DNA of 64,000 nucleotides. Origin: Pseudorhodoplanes sp. Its GTDB lineage: Bacteria > Pseudomonadota > Alphaproteobacteria > Rhizobiales > Xanthobacteraceae. The first letter of the stretch is position 1, and every line of letters starts with the position of its first letter. The stretch spans positions 20,035 through 84,034 of the forward strand of contig JALHOD010000014.1 in the NCBI GenBank assembly GCA_022843165.1, given 5' to 3'. The position numbers were made by a program, and so were the translations under genes. Of the stretch, positions 55,203-64,000 are shown piece after piece. Below the pieces are notes generated by a model. That model worked only from the letters and a program-made list of their open reading frames with translations. It did not search any database and was not told the DNA's origin.

Positions 55203-56162
55203 ATGCGACATTTCTTGGTTTTCTTCATTAAATTTATCGTCTCGATATCGCTTCTTTATCTCTCCGTCAGATGGGTAGATCTCGGTCAGGTCCTGGAACG
55301 ATTTCAAGAGATAGATCTGATCTGGATCGGGCTCGTAGGGTTGCTTCTCACAGGACAGGTTTTCGCCCTCGCCTATCGATGGCGGCACGTAATCCGGGCC
55401 GCAGGGGCTGACATCCCGCTCCCGGCGGTCATTCGCTTCAGTTTCATCGGAGCCTTCTTCAACCAGACCCTTCCCTCAACGATCGGCGGAGACGCCGCCC
55501 GCATGTGGCTTCTCGCTCGCGACGGCGCCGGATGGAAGATCGGCAGCTATTCCGTGCTGATCGACCGCGGGATCGGCCTCGTTGCGCTTTGCGTTTTGGT
55601 GCTGATCTGTCTTCCCTGGACGCTGGAGCTGATTTCAGACCCCGTGGCGCGCACAACCTTGCTCACAATCGGATTGGGCGGCGTTCTCGGCGGACTCGCA
55701 TTCATCGCGCTGCCAAAGGCTCGCGGATTGTTACCGGAGCGGTGGTGGCCGGCACGGCATCTGTTGGCTATCGCCGAAACCACGCTGCGTCTTGGCCGAT
55801 CACCTCGAACGCTTCTTGCCGTGGCAAGTTCCTCCCTGCTCATTCATTTCCTCAGTATCGCCGCGATCTGGGCTGCGGCCATGTCATTTGGCGCTCGATT
55901 TGACTTTCATTTGGCTGTTTATCTTGTCCCGCCGGTGATGCTGATCGCGAGCATTCCGATATCGGTCGCGGGATGGGGATTGCGTGAAAGCGCAATGATC
56001 GCCGGTTTCGGCTATCTCGGCTTGACGCAGGGCGATGGCCTGGTCGTTTCCATCATCATGGGCCTGGTTGCCTTGCTGATCGGCGCAGGCGGCGGAATCC
56101 TCTGGATTCTGAGCAAGGAGCGCATGGGCGCCATACTGATCGAGGCTCAAGAGCGCCGGTAA
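55203..56162 (+). CDS. Flippase-like / LPG-synthase-TM (UPF0104) membrane protein
   Basis: Eight TM segments and RW-rich loops. The 5' end is low-GC. Its 3' end overlaps manC by 16 nt in convergent orientation. Confidence 0.7.
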   Translation: MRHFLVFFIKFIVSISLLYLSVRWVDLGQVLERFQEIDLIWIGLVGLLLTGQVFALAYRWRHVIRAAGADIPLPAVIRFSFIGAFFNQTLPSTIGGDAARMWLLARDGAGWKIGSYSVLIDRGIGLVALCVLVLICLPWTLELISDPVARTTLLTIGLGGVLGGLAFIALPKARGLLPERWWPARHLLAIAETTLRLGRSPRTLLAVASSSLLIHFLSIAAIWAAAMSFGARFDFHLAVYLVPPVMLIASIPISVAGWGLRESAMIAGFGYLGLTQGDGLVVSIIMGLVALLIGAGGGILWILSKERMGAILIEAQERR

Positions 56163-57559
56163 TCATCCTCGATGCGGATGATGTCGTCCTCGCCCAGATA
56201 GCTGCCGGTCTGCACCTCGATCAGTTCGAGGTCGATCTTGCCGGGATTCTCCAGCCGATGCGGCGTTCCGAGCGGAATGTAAATCGATTCATTCTCGTGG
56301 AGCGTCTTGATCTGGTCGCCGATGGTGACCTTGGCGGTACCACGCACGATCACCCAGTGTTCGGCGCGGTGATTGTGATATTGCAGCGAAAGCCGTCCGC
56401 CGGTCTTCACGACAATACGCTTGACCTGATAACGGCTGCCATTGTCGAGCGACTGGTAATTGCCCCACGGGCGATGCACCCGGATGTGATCGACGGTGAC
56501 GGCGGGGGCGACTTCCTTCAGCTTCGTGACCAGCCGCTTCATCTCGGCCGTGTGTTCGCGACCGGCGATCAGGACCGCATCCTCGCTCGCCACCACGACC
56601 AGATTCTCGACACCGAAGAGCGCGACCAGTGGCTTTTCCGACGAAACGTATGAATTTTTGCTGTCGACAAAAACCGCCTGCCCTTGCGCAGAATTTCCGG
56701 CGGAATCCTTCTGCGACAGCTCCCACACCGCATGCCAGGAGCCGACATCGGACCAGCCGTAAGAGACAGGCACCACGGCGGTGCGCTTGGTCTTTTCCAT
56801 CACGGCATAATCGATGGAGATCGCCTTGGCGCGGCCGAACGCATCGGGATTCAAGGTGACAAATCCCAGATCGGCGCCCGCCTCCTTCACGGCAGCTTCG
56901 GCGGCGGCGACTGAATCAGCGTCGAACTGGCGATACTCATCGAGCAATATGCTGGCGCGGAAAACGAAATTGCCCGAATTCCAGAGATAGCCCTGCTTGA
57001 TATAGCTCTCCGCTGTTGCGGCATCCGGCTTTTCGACGAATGTCTCGACGGCGAAGACGTCATCCGCGATCAAGGCCCCCGGACGGATATAGCCGTATTC
57101 GGTCGCCGGACGATCGGGACGCACGCCGAAGGTCACGATCCGTCCGGTCGCGGCAGCTCCCGCAGCTTTCCGGCATGCGGCAACAAAAGCCGCGGCATTC
57201 CTCACAACATGATCGGCTGCCAGCGCCACCACCACAGGATCGCCGCCGCGCTTCAGCGCGAAGGCGGCGCCGGCCACGATAGCCGGCCCGGAATCGCGGC
57301 GTGCAGGCTCCAACAGAATATCGGCCTCGATGCCGATTTCAGCGAGCTGCTCTGCGACAATGAAACGATATTGGCCGTTGGTGATCACTATGGGTCGCCC
57401 GAACACGGCAGGGTCGGCGACCCGCTTCATCGTTTCCTGGAAGGTCGACTGCGATCCCAAAAGGGGCAGGAATTGCTTCGGCCGCCCCTCGCGCGAGGAC
57501 GGCCACAGCCGCGTGCCGGCGCCGCCGCACATGATCAGCGGGGTGATGAGATCAGACAT
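56147..57559 (-). CDS. manC: Mannose-1-phosphate guanylyltransferase / mannose-6-phosphate isomerase
   Basis: PLIMCGGAGTRLWPSSRE nucleotidyltransferase motif and a C-terminal cupin QYHNHRAEHWVIV. Confidence 0.9.
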   Translation of the reverse strand: MSDLITPLIMCGGAGTRLWPSSREGRPKQFLPLLGSQSTFQETMKRVADPAVFGRPIVITNGQYRFIVAEQLAEIGIEADILLEPARRDSGPAIVAGAAFALKRGGDPVVVALAADHVVRNAAAFVAACRKAAGAAATGRIVTFGVRPDRPATEYGYIRPGALIADDVFAVETFVEKPDAATAESYIKQGYLWNSGNFVFRASILLDEYRQFDADSVAAAEAAVKEAGADLGFVTLNPDAFGRAKAISIDYAVMEKTKRTAVVPVSYGWSDVGSWHAVWELSQKDSAGNSAQGQAVFVDSKNSYVSSEKPLVALFGVENLVVVASEDAVLIAGREHTAEMKRLVTKLKEVAPAVTVDHIRVHRPWGNYQSLDNGSRYQVKRIVVKTGGRLSLQYHNHRAEHWVIVRGTAKVTIGDQIKTLHENESIYIPLGTPHRLENPGKIDLELIEVQTGSYLGEDDIIRIEDDYRRS

Positions 57560-57662
57560 ACTGCAGTCTTAACCTTTTGGAAAGCACATCGTCTGGCCAG
57601 ACACTGACAGGAAATCGCAAAAATCTTAATTGTGGGTTCGCGCGAGAGATCGGCGTGCGCAA

Positions 57663-58679
57663 TCAGACGCGGTGATAAGCGCGGAACCAGTCAACAAAAC
57701 GCTTCACACCTTCGGTAATAGGAGTTTTTGGCCGGAACCCGACCGCACATTCGAGCGCCGAAACATCTGCAAAGGTGTCGGGCACATCGCCTGGCTGCAT
57801 GGGCAGCATGTCGCGTTGCGCCGTCTTGCCAAGCGCTTGCTCGATCAGGTGGACAACATCCAGCAGTTCAATCGACTGGCTATTGCCGACATTGAATACC
57901 CGCCAAGGTGCGGCGCTTGTCGCCGGATCCGGCCTGTCACCGGACCATTCCGGATTACCGGTGGCAGGCTTGCCGATCAGACGCACCACCGATTCCACGA
58001 CGTCATCCACAAACGTGAAATCGCGCCGCATGTTGCCGTGATTGAACAGCTTGATCGGTCGACCTTCCAGTATAGCCGACGTGAACAGCCACATCGCCAT
58101 GTCCGGCCGGCCCCATGGGCCATATACTGTAAAGAAACGCAGACCGGTCGTCGGCAGTCCGAATAAATGCGCGTAGGAATGCGCCATTAATTCATTCGCC
58201 TTCTTGGTGGCGGCATAGAGACTTACCGGATGATCAACATTGTCGGTCGTACTGAAGGGCAACTTGGTGTTCGCGCCATAAACCGAAGATGTCGAGGCAT
58301 AGAGCAAATGCTTGCAGCCGTTATGCCGACAACCTTCCAGTACATTCATGAAGCCTTGAATATTGGCATCGACATATGCGTGCGGGTCGATCAGCGAATA
58401 ACGTACCCCCGCCTGCGCGGCGAGATTTACGACATGAGGAAATCGATGGCGCTCGAAAAGGCCTTTCATTTCCCCGCGCTCTGCTAGATCAAGCTTGGCA
58501 AAAGTGAAATTTGGAAACTTGGCGAGTTCAGCGCGACGCGCTTCTTTCAGCGCCGGATCGTAATAGGCGCTCATGTTATCGAGGCCGACCACCATGTGAC
58601 CGTCGGACAGCAAACGGCGCGCGACATGGAAGCCAATAAATCCGGCGGCGCCTGTGACGAGAATGGGCTCTGCGATCAT
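57663..58679 (-). CDS. NAD-dependent UDP-(N-acetyl)hexuronate 4-epimerase (TviC/WbpP/LpsL-like)
   Basis: VTGAAGFIGFHV and the YxxxK motif as YAATKKANE. Confidence 0.8.
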   Translation of the reverse strand: MIAEPILVTGAAGFIGFHVARRLLSDGHMVVGLDNMSAYYDPALKEARRAELAKFPNFTFAKLDLAERGEMKGLFERHRFPHVVNLAAQAGVRYSLIDPHAYVDANIQGFMNVLEGCRHNGCKHLLYASTSSVYGANTKLPFSTTDNVDHPVSLYAATKKANELMAHSYAHLFGLPTTGLRFFTVYGPWGRPDMAMWLFTSAILEGRPIKLFNHGNMRRDFTFVDDVVESVVRLIGKPATGNPEWSGDRPDPATSAAPWRVFNVGNSQSIELLDVVHLIEQALGKTAQRDMLPMQPGDVPDTFADVSALECAVGFRPKTPITEGVKRFVDWFRAYHRV

Positions 58680-58685
58680 GCGATC

Positions 58686-60035
58686 CTACAGGCGCCAGAG
58701 TTCGATGTCGGCCGGCTGTTGCGCACGGTCGAGCATGCCTTTGACATCCAGCACAATTCCTTGCTTGTTCTTGAGCAACCCGCTCACCAGCGGCCAGGCT
58801 CCTGTGACGTAATCCCGATGCGAGACTGCGACGATCACCGCATCGGCAGGCTGAAGCTCATCATATGATATAAGTTTCACACCATATTCATGCTCGGCCT
58901 CGTCCGGCAGCGCCATCGGGTCATGCACCTGGACATCGAGTCCGAAGGACCTCAGCTCCCGTATGATATCAATGACTTTTGAATTGCGAGTGTCCGGCAC
59001 GTCTTCCTTGAAGGTCAGGCCCAGTATGGTGACGGTCGCTTTGGCCTGATTGCGACGAACGAGACGCCGCACGCATTCCTGTGCGACGCGCTGGCCGACA
59101 TTGTCGTTAATGCGGCGGCCCGCCAGGATCACCTGCGGGTGATACCCGGCTTTCTCGGCGCGGAATGTCAGATAATAGGGGTCGACACCGATGCAGTGCC
59201 CCCCGACCAGCCCCGGGCGGAAATTCTGGAAATTCCATTTGGTTGCGGCCGCGGCCAGCACGTCGCCGGTATCAATATCAAGCTGCTGGAAGATCGCCGA
59301 AAGCTCATTCATGAAGGCGATGTTGAGATCGCGCTGGGTATTCTCGATCACCTTGGCGGCCTCGGCAACCTTGATCGAGGGCGCGCGATGAATGCCGGCG
59401 GTCACGACTGACCCATAGACATTGGCGACGATGTCAAGTGTCTCCAAATCCTGTGCTGACACGACCTTGGTGATGGTCTCGAAGCGATGCACCGTATCGC
59501 CGGGATTGATCCGTTCCGGGGAGTAGCCGACCTTGAAATCCGAGCCGGCCTTGAGCCCCGAGGCCTTCTCCAAGACCGGGATGCAATCCTCTTCCACTGC
59601 GCCCGGATACACTGTCGATTCATAGACCACGATATCGCCGCGCTTCAGGACGCCCCCCACCGCACGCGAGGCCGACAGCATGGCACCGAGATCCGGCCGG
59701 TTCGCCCCGTCGATCGGGGTCGGCACAGTCACGATGTAAAAATCGGAGCTCGCAAGCCTGATAGGGTCGCTTTCATAGGCCAAGGTTGGTTGGGACAGAT
59801 GTGCAGGTTCAACCTCGCGCGTCCGATCCTTTCCGCCACGCAGTTCCTCGATACGGCCGCGGTCGATATCAAATCCGACAACTGGCGCGCCGGAACGGGC
59901 AAATGCGACCGCGACAGGCAGGCCGACATAGCCCAACCCGATCACAGCAATCTTGCGTCCATGCGTCACGATTGAGAGCCCTCTGCCTACTAACGTGGCC
60001 GCCTGTTTAGCCACGCCACCAGTGAGCGGCAACAA
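58686..60035 (-). CDS. UDP-sugar 6-dehydrogenase (TviB/WbpO/Cap5O-like)
   Basis: KIAVIGLGYVGLPVAVAF Rossmann motif and a catalytic Cys region GGHCIGVDPYY. The start is uncertain (TTG 60035 or GTG 59969). Confidence 0.85.
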   Translation of the reverse strand: MLPLTGGVAKQAATLVGRGLSIVTHGRKIAVIGLGYVGLPVAVAFARSGAPVVGFDIDRGRIEELRGGKDRTREVEPAHLSQPTLAYESDPIRLASSDFYIVTVPTPIDGANRPDLGAMLSASRAVGGVLKRGDIVVYESTVYPGAVEEDCIPVLEKASGLKAGSDFKVGYSPERINPGDTVHRFETITKVVSAQDLETLDIVANVYGSVVTAGIHRAPSIKVAEAAKVIENTQRDLNIAFMNELSAIFQQLDIDTGDVLAAAATKWNFQNFRPGLVGGHCIGVDPYYLTFRAEKAGYHPQVILAGRRINDNVGQRVAQECVRRLVRRNQAKATVTILGLTFKEDVPDTRNSKVIDIIRELRSFGLDVQVHDPMALPDEAEHEYGVKLISYDELQPADAVIVAVSHRDYVTGAWPLVSGLLKNKQGIVLDVKGMLDRAQQPADIELWRL

Positions 60036-60050
60036 CTATGTTGAAAATGC

Positions 60051-61187
60051 TCAGGATTTTGAGCTTCGGCATAATAATTGATCGTATAAAGCCACCGTGG
60101 CCTCGCCGATTTTCTCGCTTGAGAACTCGGCTTCCACCATGCGTCGACCAGATTCCCCATAACGCCGTCTTAAGTCGGCGTCACCCGCCAGCCTGCTGAT
60201 TGCACCTGCCAAAGCGCATGGATTGTCGACCGGCACAAGAATGGCATTTACATCCTGCCGCGCAATTTCTCGGCAACCCGGCACGTCGGTCGCCACGATT
60301 GGACGGCCAAAGGCCGCCGCCTCCAGCAGGCTTTTCGGCAAACCTTCGCGGCGCGACGGCAGGACCGCGATATGCGCCTGGCGCCAGACGGCGCTCACAT
60401 CCTTTACGTGACCGAGAACTTCAACGCCCGGCGTGCGCTTCCAGCGTTTAACTTCCGCCGACGGAATCGAGGCCGGATTGGCAGGATCCCCATCGCCCGT
60501 GATCAAAAGACGGATCGGCACCCCTTGCGCCGTCATCAGATCGTGAGCGGCTATCAGGGTGCGAACCCCCTTATCATCGAGCAACCGCCCGACGAATGCA
60601 GCGGTGAGCGGCCCCTCGGGTTCGGACAGCACCTTCAGTTTTTCGGTGTCGACGCCTGAGCCGGGGATGAGAAATGTTCGATCCCGCGAAATACCGAGTG
60701 CCTCTATGGCCGCCGCGTCGTCGGGATTCTGCACCAGCACGGCTGCGCGCGGGTTCTTCAAGATCCAGCGTAGCAACCATGTCAGCATCGGCCGGAGCAG
60801 CTTCGCCTTGAGCGAGTGTGACGTGAAACCGAAACCAAGCCCCGCCAAGGCGTTGAGCCGCATAACCGGGAGCCCGATCGCAGCCAACGATCCAATAATA
60901 GAAGGCTGCAATGCAACGTGATGCACGAGATCTGGTGACAGCTGGCTATAAAGCGCACGCACCTGCCGGATAATCGACAGAACATCGAGTGGATTGACAC
61001 TGCCACGCCGCCATGACAACCGGTGCACCGTGAAGCCGTAGCTCTCGATTTCGGCGCCGCCGCTGTTCACTTGCGTCGCGACATGTACTGCATAACCAGC
61101 GCGCTGCGCCGCGCAGGCCATCGGCAAGCGGTGCGAAAGAAAATACCAATCCTCCGTAACCAGATAGACAAGAACAGGCTTTGTCAT
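60051..61187 (-). CDS. GT4-family glycosyltransferase
   Basis: C-terminal ExxxxxxE region PSRREGLPKSLLEAAAFGRPIVATD. Start is ATG 61187, with 61253 as an alternative. Confidence 0.8.
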   Translation of the reverse strand: MTKPVLVYLVTEDWYFLSHRLPMACAAQRAGYAVHVATQVNSGGAEIESYGFTVHRLSWRRGSVNPLDVLSIIRQVRALYSQLSPDLVHHVALQPSIIGSLAAIGLPVMRLNALAGLGFGFTSHSLKAKLLRPMLTWLLRWILKNPRAAVLVQNPDDAAAIEALGISRDRTFLIPGSGVDTEKLKVLSEPEGPLTAAFVGRLLDDKGVRTLIAAHDLMTAQGVPIRLLITGDGDPANPASIPSAEVKRWKRTPGVEVLGHVKDVSAVWRQAHIAVLPSRREGLPKSLLEAAAFGRPIVATDVPGCREIARQDVNAILVPVDNPCALAGAISRLAGDADLRRRYGESGRRMVEAEFSSEKIGEATVALYDQLLCRSSKS

Positions 61188-61227
61188 AACGGCTTGAATC
61201 GTTGCCAGAACAACAACCTGATTGTGA

Positions 61228-62424
61228 TCACGCCGTGCCTGATCGATCGCCATCGATCAGATCCTGTACCGGCACAGCATCATACGACTGCCACCCCCGG
61301 TACAGATTAAAATAACGGCGGACGCAATCCTCGATCGAAAATTCAGACACTGTCCGCGTCCGCGCAGCAACACCAAGCCGTTGCCGCAAGACAGGATCCT
61401 CGTACAAACGAAGCAATGCCTCGGCGAGTGCCTGCGGATTTCGGGCGGGCACCAGCAATCCGGTTGCTTCGTGCGAGATGGCTTCGACATTTCCGCCGAC
61501 GGCGGTCGCGATCACCGGCAAGCCGCGCGCCATGGCCTCGATCAGGCTGTTGGAAAACCCCTCCTCATGCGAAGGCAGCGCCGACACGTCAGCTGCGTTG
61601 AGTAAATCCTGCGCGTCTGTGCGCTCCCCCAGCAACAGAATGTTATCCGCAAATCCCGCCCCTTCTGCAGACTTTTGCAACTCCGCTCCAAGGCCCTGGT
61701 CGCGCCCGATCAGCATCAACCGCCATGGCTTTTGCAGCTTATCTGCGATCAGAGCGAAGGCCGCAAAGAGGTCACGATGACCCTTATAAGGAATAAGGTT
61801 GGCGACCACGGCGAACACGAAAGTATCTTGCGACAATTGCAGTTGACTGCGGGCAGCTTTGCGGCTTTCCTCGCTCACCGGATCGCGGATTTCGATGCCA
61901 TTGCGGATCAACCCGACCTTGTTGCGCGTGCCGGCTTCCGCCAGCAGGTCGGAGACCACAGCTAAAGAATTTCCAAGCAGAACAGACGTCCTTTGATGCA
62001 GGCGACGCTCAATTGCCGCGAGCACGCGATGCTTCTCCTGATAATGATTGAGAGATCGCCGGCTCATGAGGTGACGCCCCGGTAAACCTGAGGCAGCGAA
62101 AGAGCCAATCAGATAAGGCTCGCTCAAAAAGAAATGCACGAGATCTGGCTTTTGCTGTCGCAAATGACGCCTCAGCTCCCATCCAGCCAGCAGCGCATGC
62201 AAATGCCGAGGGAGAAACCGAATCGGGCCGGCAACCGCAACATCCGCCTCCACCATCGCACCCTCAAGCGTGCCGCCTCGCTCCAGAACAAAGATCGAGA
62301 CGTCAAGGCCCTGGCGACGCAGAGAAGGGAGAACGCGGGCAAGATGCCGCTCGGTACCGCCGATATCAAGCCGTGCGGTCACGACCAGAACGCGCGGCAA
62401 ACGGCTTTCGAGAGGCGCGCTCAT
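61228..62424 (-). CDS. GT4-family glycosyltransferase
   Basis: PSHEEGFSNSLIEAMARGLPVIATAVGG motif. ATG at 62424. Confidence 0.8.
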   Translation of the reverse strand: MSAPLESRLPRVLVVTARLDIGGTERHLARVLPSLRRQGLDVSIFVLERGGTLEGAMVEADVAVAGPIRFLPRHLHALLAGWELRRHLRQQKPDLVHFFLSEPYLIGSFAASGLPGRHLMSRRSLNHYQEKHRVLAAIERRLHQRTSVLLGNSLAVVSDLLAEAGTRNKVGLIRNGIEIRDPVSEESRKAARSQLQLSQDTFVFAVVANLIPYKGHRDLFAAFALIADKLQKPWRLMLIGRDQGLGAELQKSAEGAGFADNILLLGERTDAQDLLNAADVSALPSHEEGFSNSLIEAMARGLPVIATAVGGNVEAISHEATGLLVPARNPQALAEALLRLYEDPVLRQRLGVAARTRTVSEFSIEDCVRRYFNLYRGWQSYDAVPVQDLIDGDRSGTA

Positions 62425-62446
62425 GATCAATGGGAAGACCGATCGC

Positions 62447-64000
62447 TCAATTCAGACTAGCCGCCCAGCGGCGGCGCCACAACTCAAACATGAGCACATT
62501 CCAGAGAGCGTAGGCCCAGTTACGTCGGCCCGACAGGTGCTCGGCCCACAGCATTCGGACACTGTGGACATTGAAAAATTTCGGGCTAAGACTGCGCTCG
62601 TCGAGCAAATCCTCCGCCCAGTGACGCAAGGGTCCGCGTAACCAGTCCGCCAGCGGCACACCGAACCCCATTTTCGGACGCTCGATCAGCTCGCGCGGCA
62701 CATAGCGATCGAGTACACGCCGCAAGAGCCATTTTGTCTCACCTTGGCGGATATGGAAGCGCTCAGGCAATTGCCAGGCCAATTCGACCACCCGATGGTC
62801 GAGCAAGGGTGGGCGCGCCTCCAGCGCCACCGCCATAGACGCGCGATCCACCTTCTGCAGGATGTCGTCGGGCAGATAGGTCAGGCTGTCGTGCAACTGC
62901 ATCTGCTTCAGCAAACTGGCTTTACTGGGAAGGGCATCGTTTTTGCTGAATTGAAAAGGATGCTCGACGAGGCCGGGCGTGAGTTCTGCCGGATGGGCAT
63001 ATTGGCTGACCAGACGCAGATAGATGCCGTTCGCATCTGACGGCAGGATCTCTGCGAATTTCCTGGCCTTGTCAGCCAACTGGCCCGGCAGCACCCCGCG
63101 CGGCGCAGCACGCGCGATCACATCAAAAATGCTATCCGGAACCGCCTTGATCGCCGCGGCCGCGCAGCGGCGCATCGCAGATGGTATGAGGGAAAGCCGG
63201 CCCCAGAGTATCTGCGCCAGCAGATAACGGTTATAGCCGCCGAACAATTCATCCCCGCCGTCGCCCGAGAGCGCCACCGTCACATGGGCACGCGTGAGCT
63301 TGGAGACGAGATGGGTCGGGATCTGCGAAGAATCTCCAAAAGGTTCGTCGTACATCTCGGCGAGCTTGGGCACCACATCAAGCGCATCCCGGCCATGGAT
63401 CACAAGTTCAGTATGTTTGGTGCCCAGATGTTTCGCCACGGCCGCGGCATGCACGGATTCATCGAAGCCAAAATCCGGAAACCCGATCGAAAAAGTCCGC
63501 ACCGGCCCCCGGCCTGCGGCCACCATGAGCGCTGAAATGACTGACGAATCGACGCCACCCGAGAGAAAGGCGCCGAGCGGCACATCCGAGATCATCTGAT
63601 GCGAGACCGCATCTGCCAAAAGATCGTGCAGTCGCGCTTCGGCCTCTGCATCCGACAGATCGAGTTGATGGGCCACGCCGTTGGCCGCGACCTCGACCAG
63701 CGACCAATACCGGCGCTGCGTCTTGTTGCCTTGAGCGTCGAAGGAGACAACCTCCCCCGGCATCAATTTGGCGACGCCGCGCAGGATCGACCATGGTGCC
63801 GGCACATAGCCAAACCGTAGGAAGCTCGCGACTGACGACGGATCGATCTCGTAGCGTTGATCATCGAGTGCAAAGAAGCTTTTGAGCTCGGACGCAAACA
63901 ATATAGTCTTGCCTTGCGCCTTATAGAACAGCGGCTTGATGCCCAAACGGTCTCGCACCAAGTGGAGCGTTCGCGTCTGCCGATCCCATAGCGCCATTGC
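62447..64000 (-). CDS. Asparagine synthase (glutamine-hydrolysing) family amidotransferase, N-terminus outside the window (WbpS-like context)
   Basis: LSGGVDSS PP-loop motif and an AsnB C-terminal domain. The frame is open to nt 64000. Confidence 0.85.
   Translation of the reverse strand, partial: AMALWDRQTRTLHLVRDRLGIKPLFYKAQGKTILFASELKSFFALDDQRYEIDPSSVASFLRFGYVPAPWSILRGVAKLMPGEVVSFDAQGNKTQRRYWSLVEVAANGVAHQLDLSDAEAEARLHDLLADAVSHQMISDVPLGAFLSGGVDSSVISALMVAAGRGPVRTFSIGFPDFGFDESVHAAAVAKHLGTKHTELVIHGRDALDVVPKLAEMYDEPFGDSSQIPTHLVSKLTRAHVTVALSGDGGDELFGGYNRYLLAQILWGRLSLIPSAMRRCAAAAIKAVPDSIFDVIARAAPRGVLPGQLADKARKFAEILPSDANGIYLRLVSQYAHPAELTPGLVEHPFQFSKNDALPSKASLLKQMQLHDSLTYLPDDILQKVDRASMAVALEARPPLLDHRVVELAWQLPERFHIRQGETKWLLRRVLDRYVPRELIERPKMGFGVPLADWLRGPLRHWAEDLLDERSLSPKFFNVHSVRMLWAEHLSGRRNWAYALWNVLMFELWRRRWAASLN

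Overview
High-GC (about 65% on the lines I counted) alphaproteobacterial chromosomal segment. Gene content and REP-like GGCCGG...CCGGCC hairpins suggest Bradyrhizobiaceae/Nitrobacteraceae, but that is a guess, not a database result. I support about 60 protein-coding genes, nearly all ordinary chromosomal functions. No rRNA, tRNA, CRISPR array, integrase or transposase was seen. Left to right: 3' part of a coiled-coil protein; a ~1.1 kb low-GC islet holding one decayed membrane-protein gene; a compact RecD/Dda-like helicase; KefB/C-type K+ efflux; YaiI; a secreted amidase; ChaB; an orphan CoxE-like VWA protein; PilZ; a large secreted SGNH hydrolase; a ferredoxin plus TrxR-type FNR operon; an Hpt protein; a 1444-aa membrane-anchored protein with 11/22-residue repeats (GPR/RgsE-like polar growth candidate); an MlaFED-like transporter; a dipeptide epimerase; MFS; Thr/Ser dehydratase; CHAD; a divergent PlcP-like phosphoesterase / GT21 glycosyltransferase pair with Pho-box-like repeats; MBL; LysE; SDR; FAH; a thiM-thiE-thiD operon behind a TPP riboswitch; a Bug/TctC binding protein; an FAD monooxygenase; a HupE/UreJ gene coupled to a degenerate paralog; a RAM-domain protein; EamA; two c-type cytochromes; an orphan form-II CoxL-like molybdoenzyme fused onto an MFP-RND efflux operon; murJ; a GnnA/GnnB-like (WbpB/WbpE-like) pair; and a lower-GC polysaccharide cluster (transaldolase-like, flippase-like, manC, TviC/TviB-like, two GT4, AsnB-like amidotransferase, cut by the window end). 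The most interesting items are the candidate phosphate-starvation lipid-remodelling module, the RND-CoxL operon, the GPR-like giant protein with a CtrA-like box, the decayed low-GC gene and the HupE pair. I did not find a convincing complete new multi-gene system such as a defence island. All functions are motif recognition by eye and need HMM/BLAST confirmation. Most long ORFs in the six-frame track that run antisense to these genes are high-GC artefacts.
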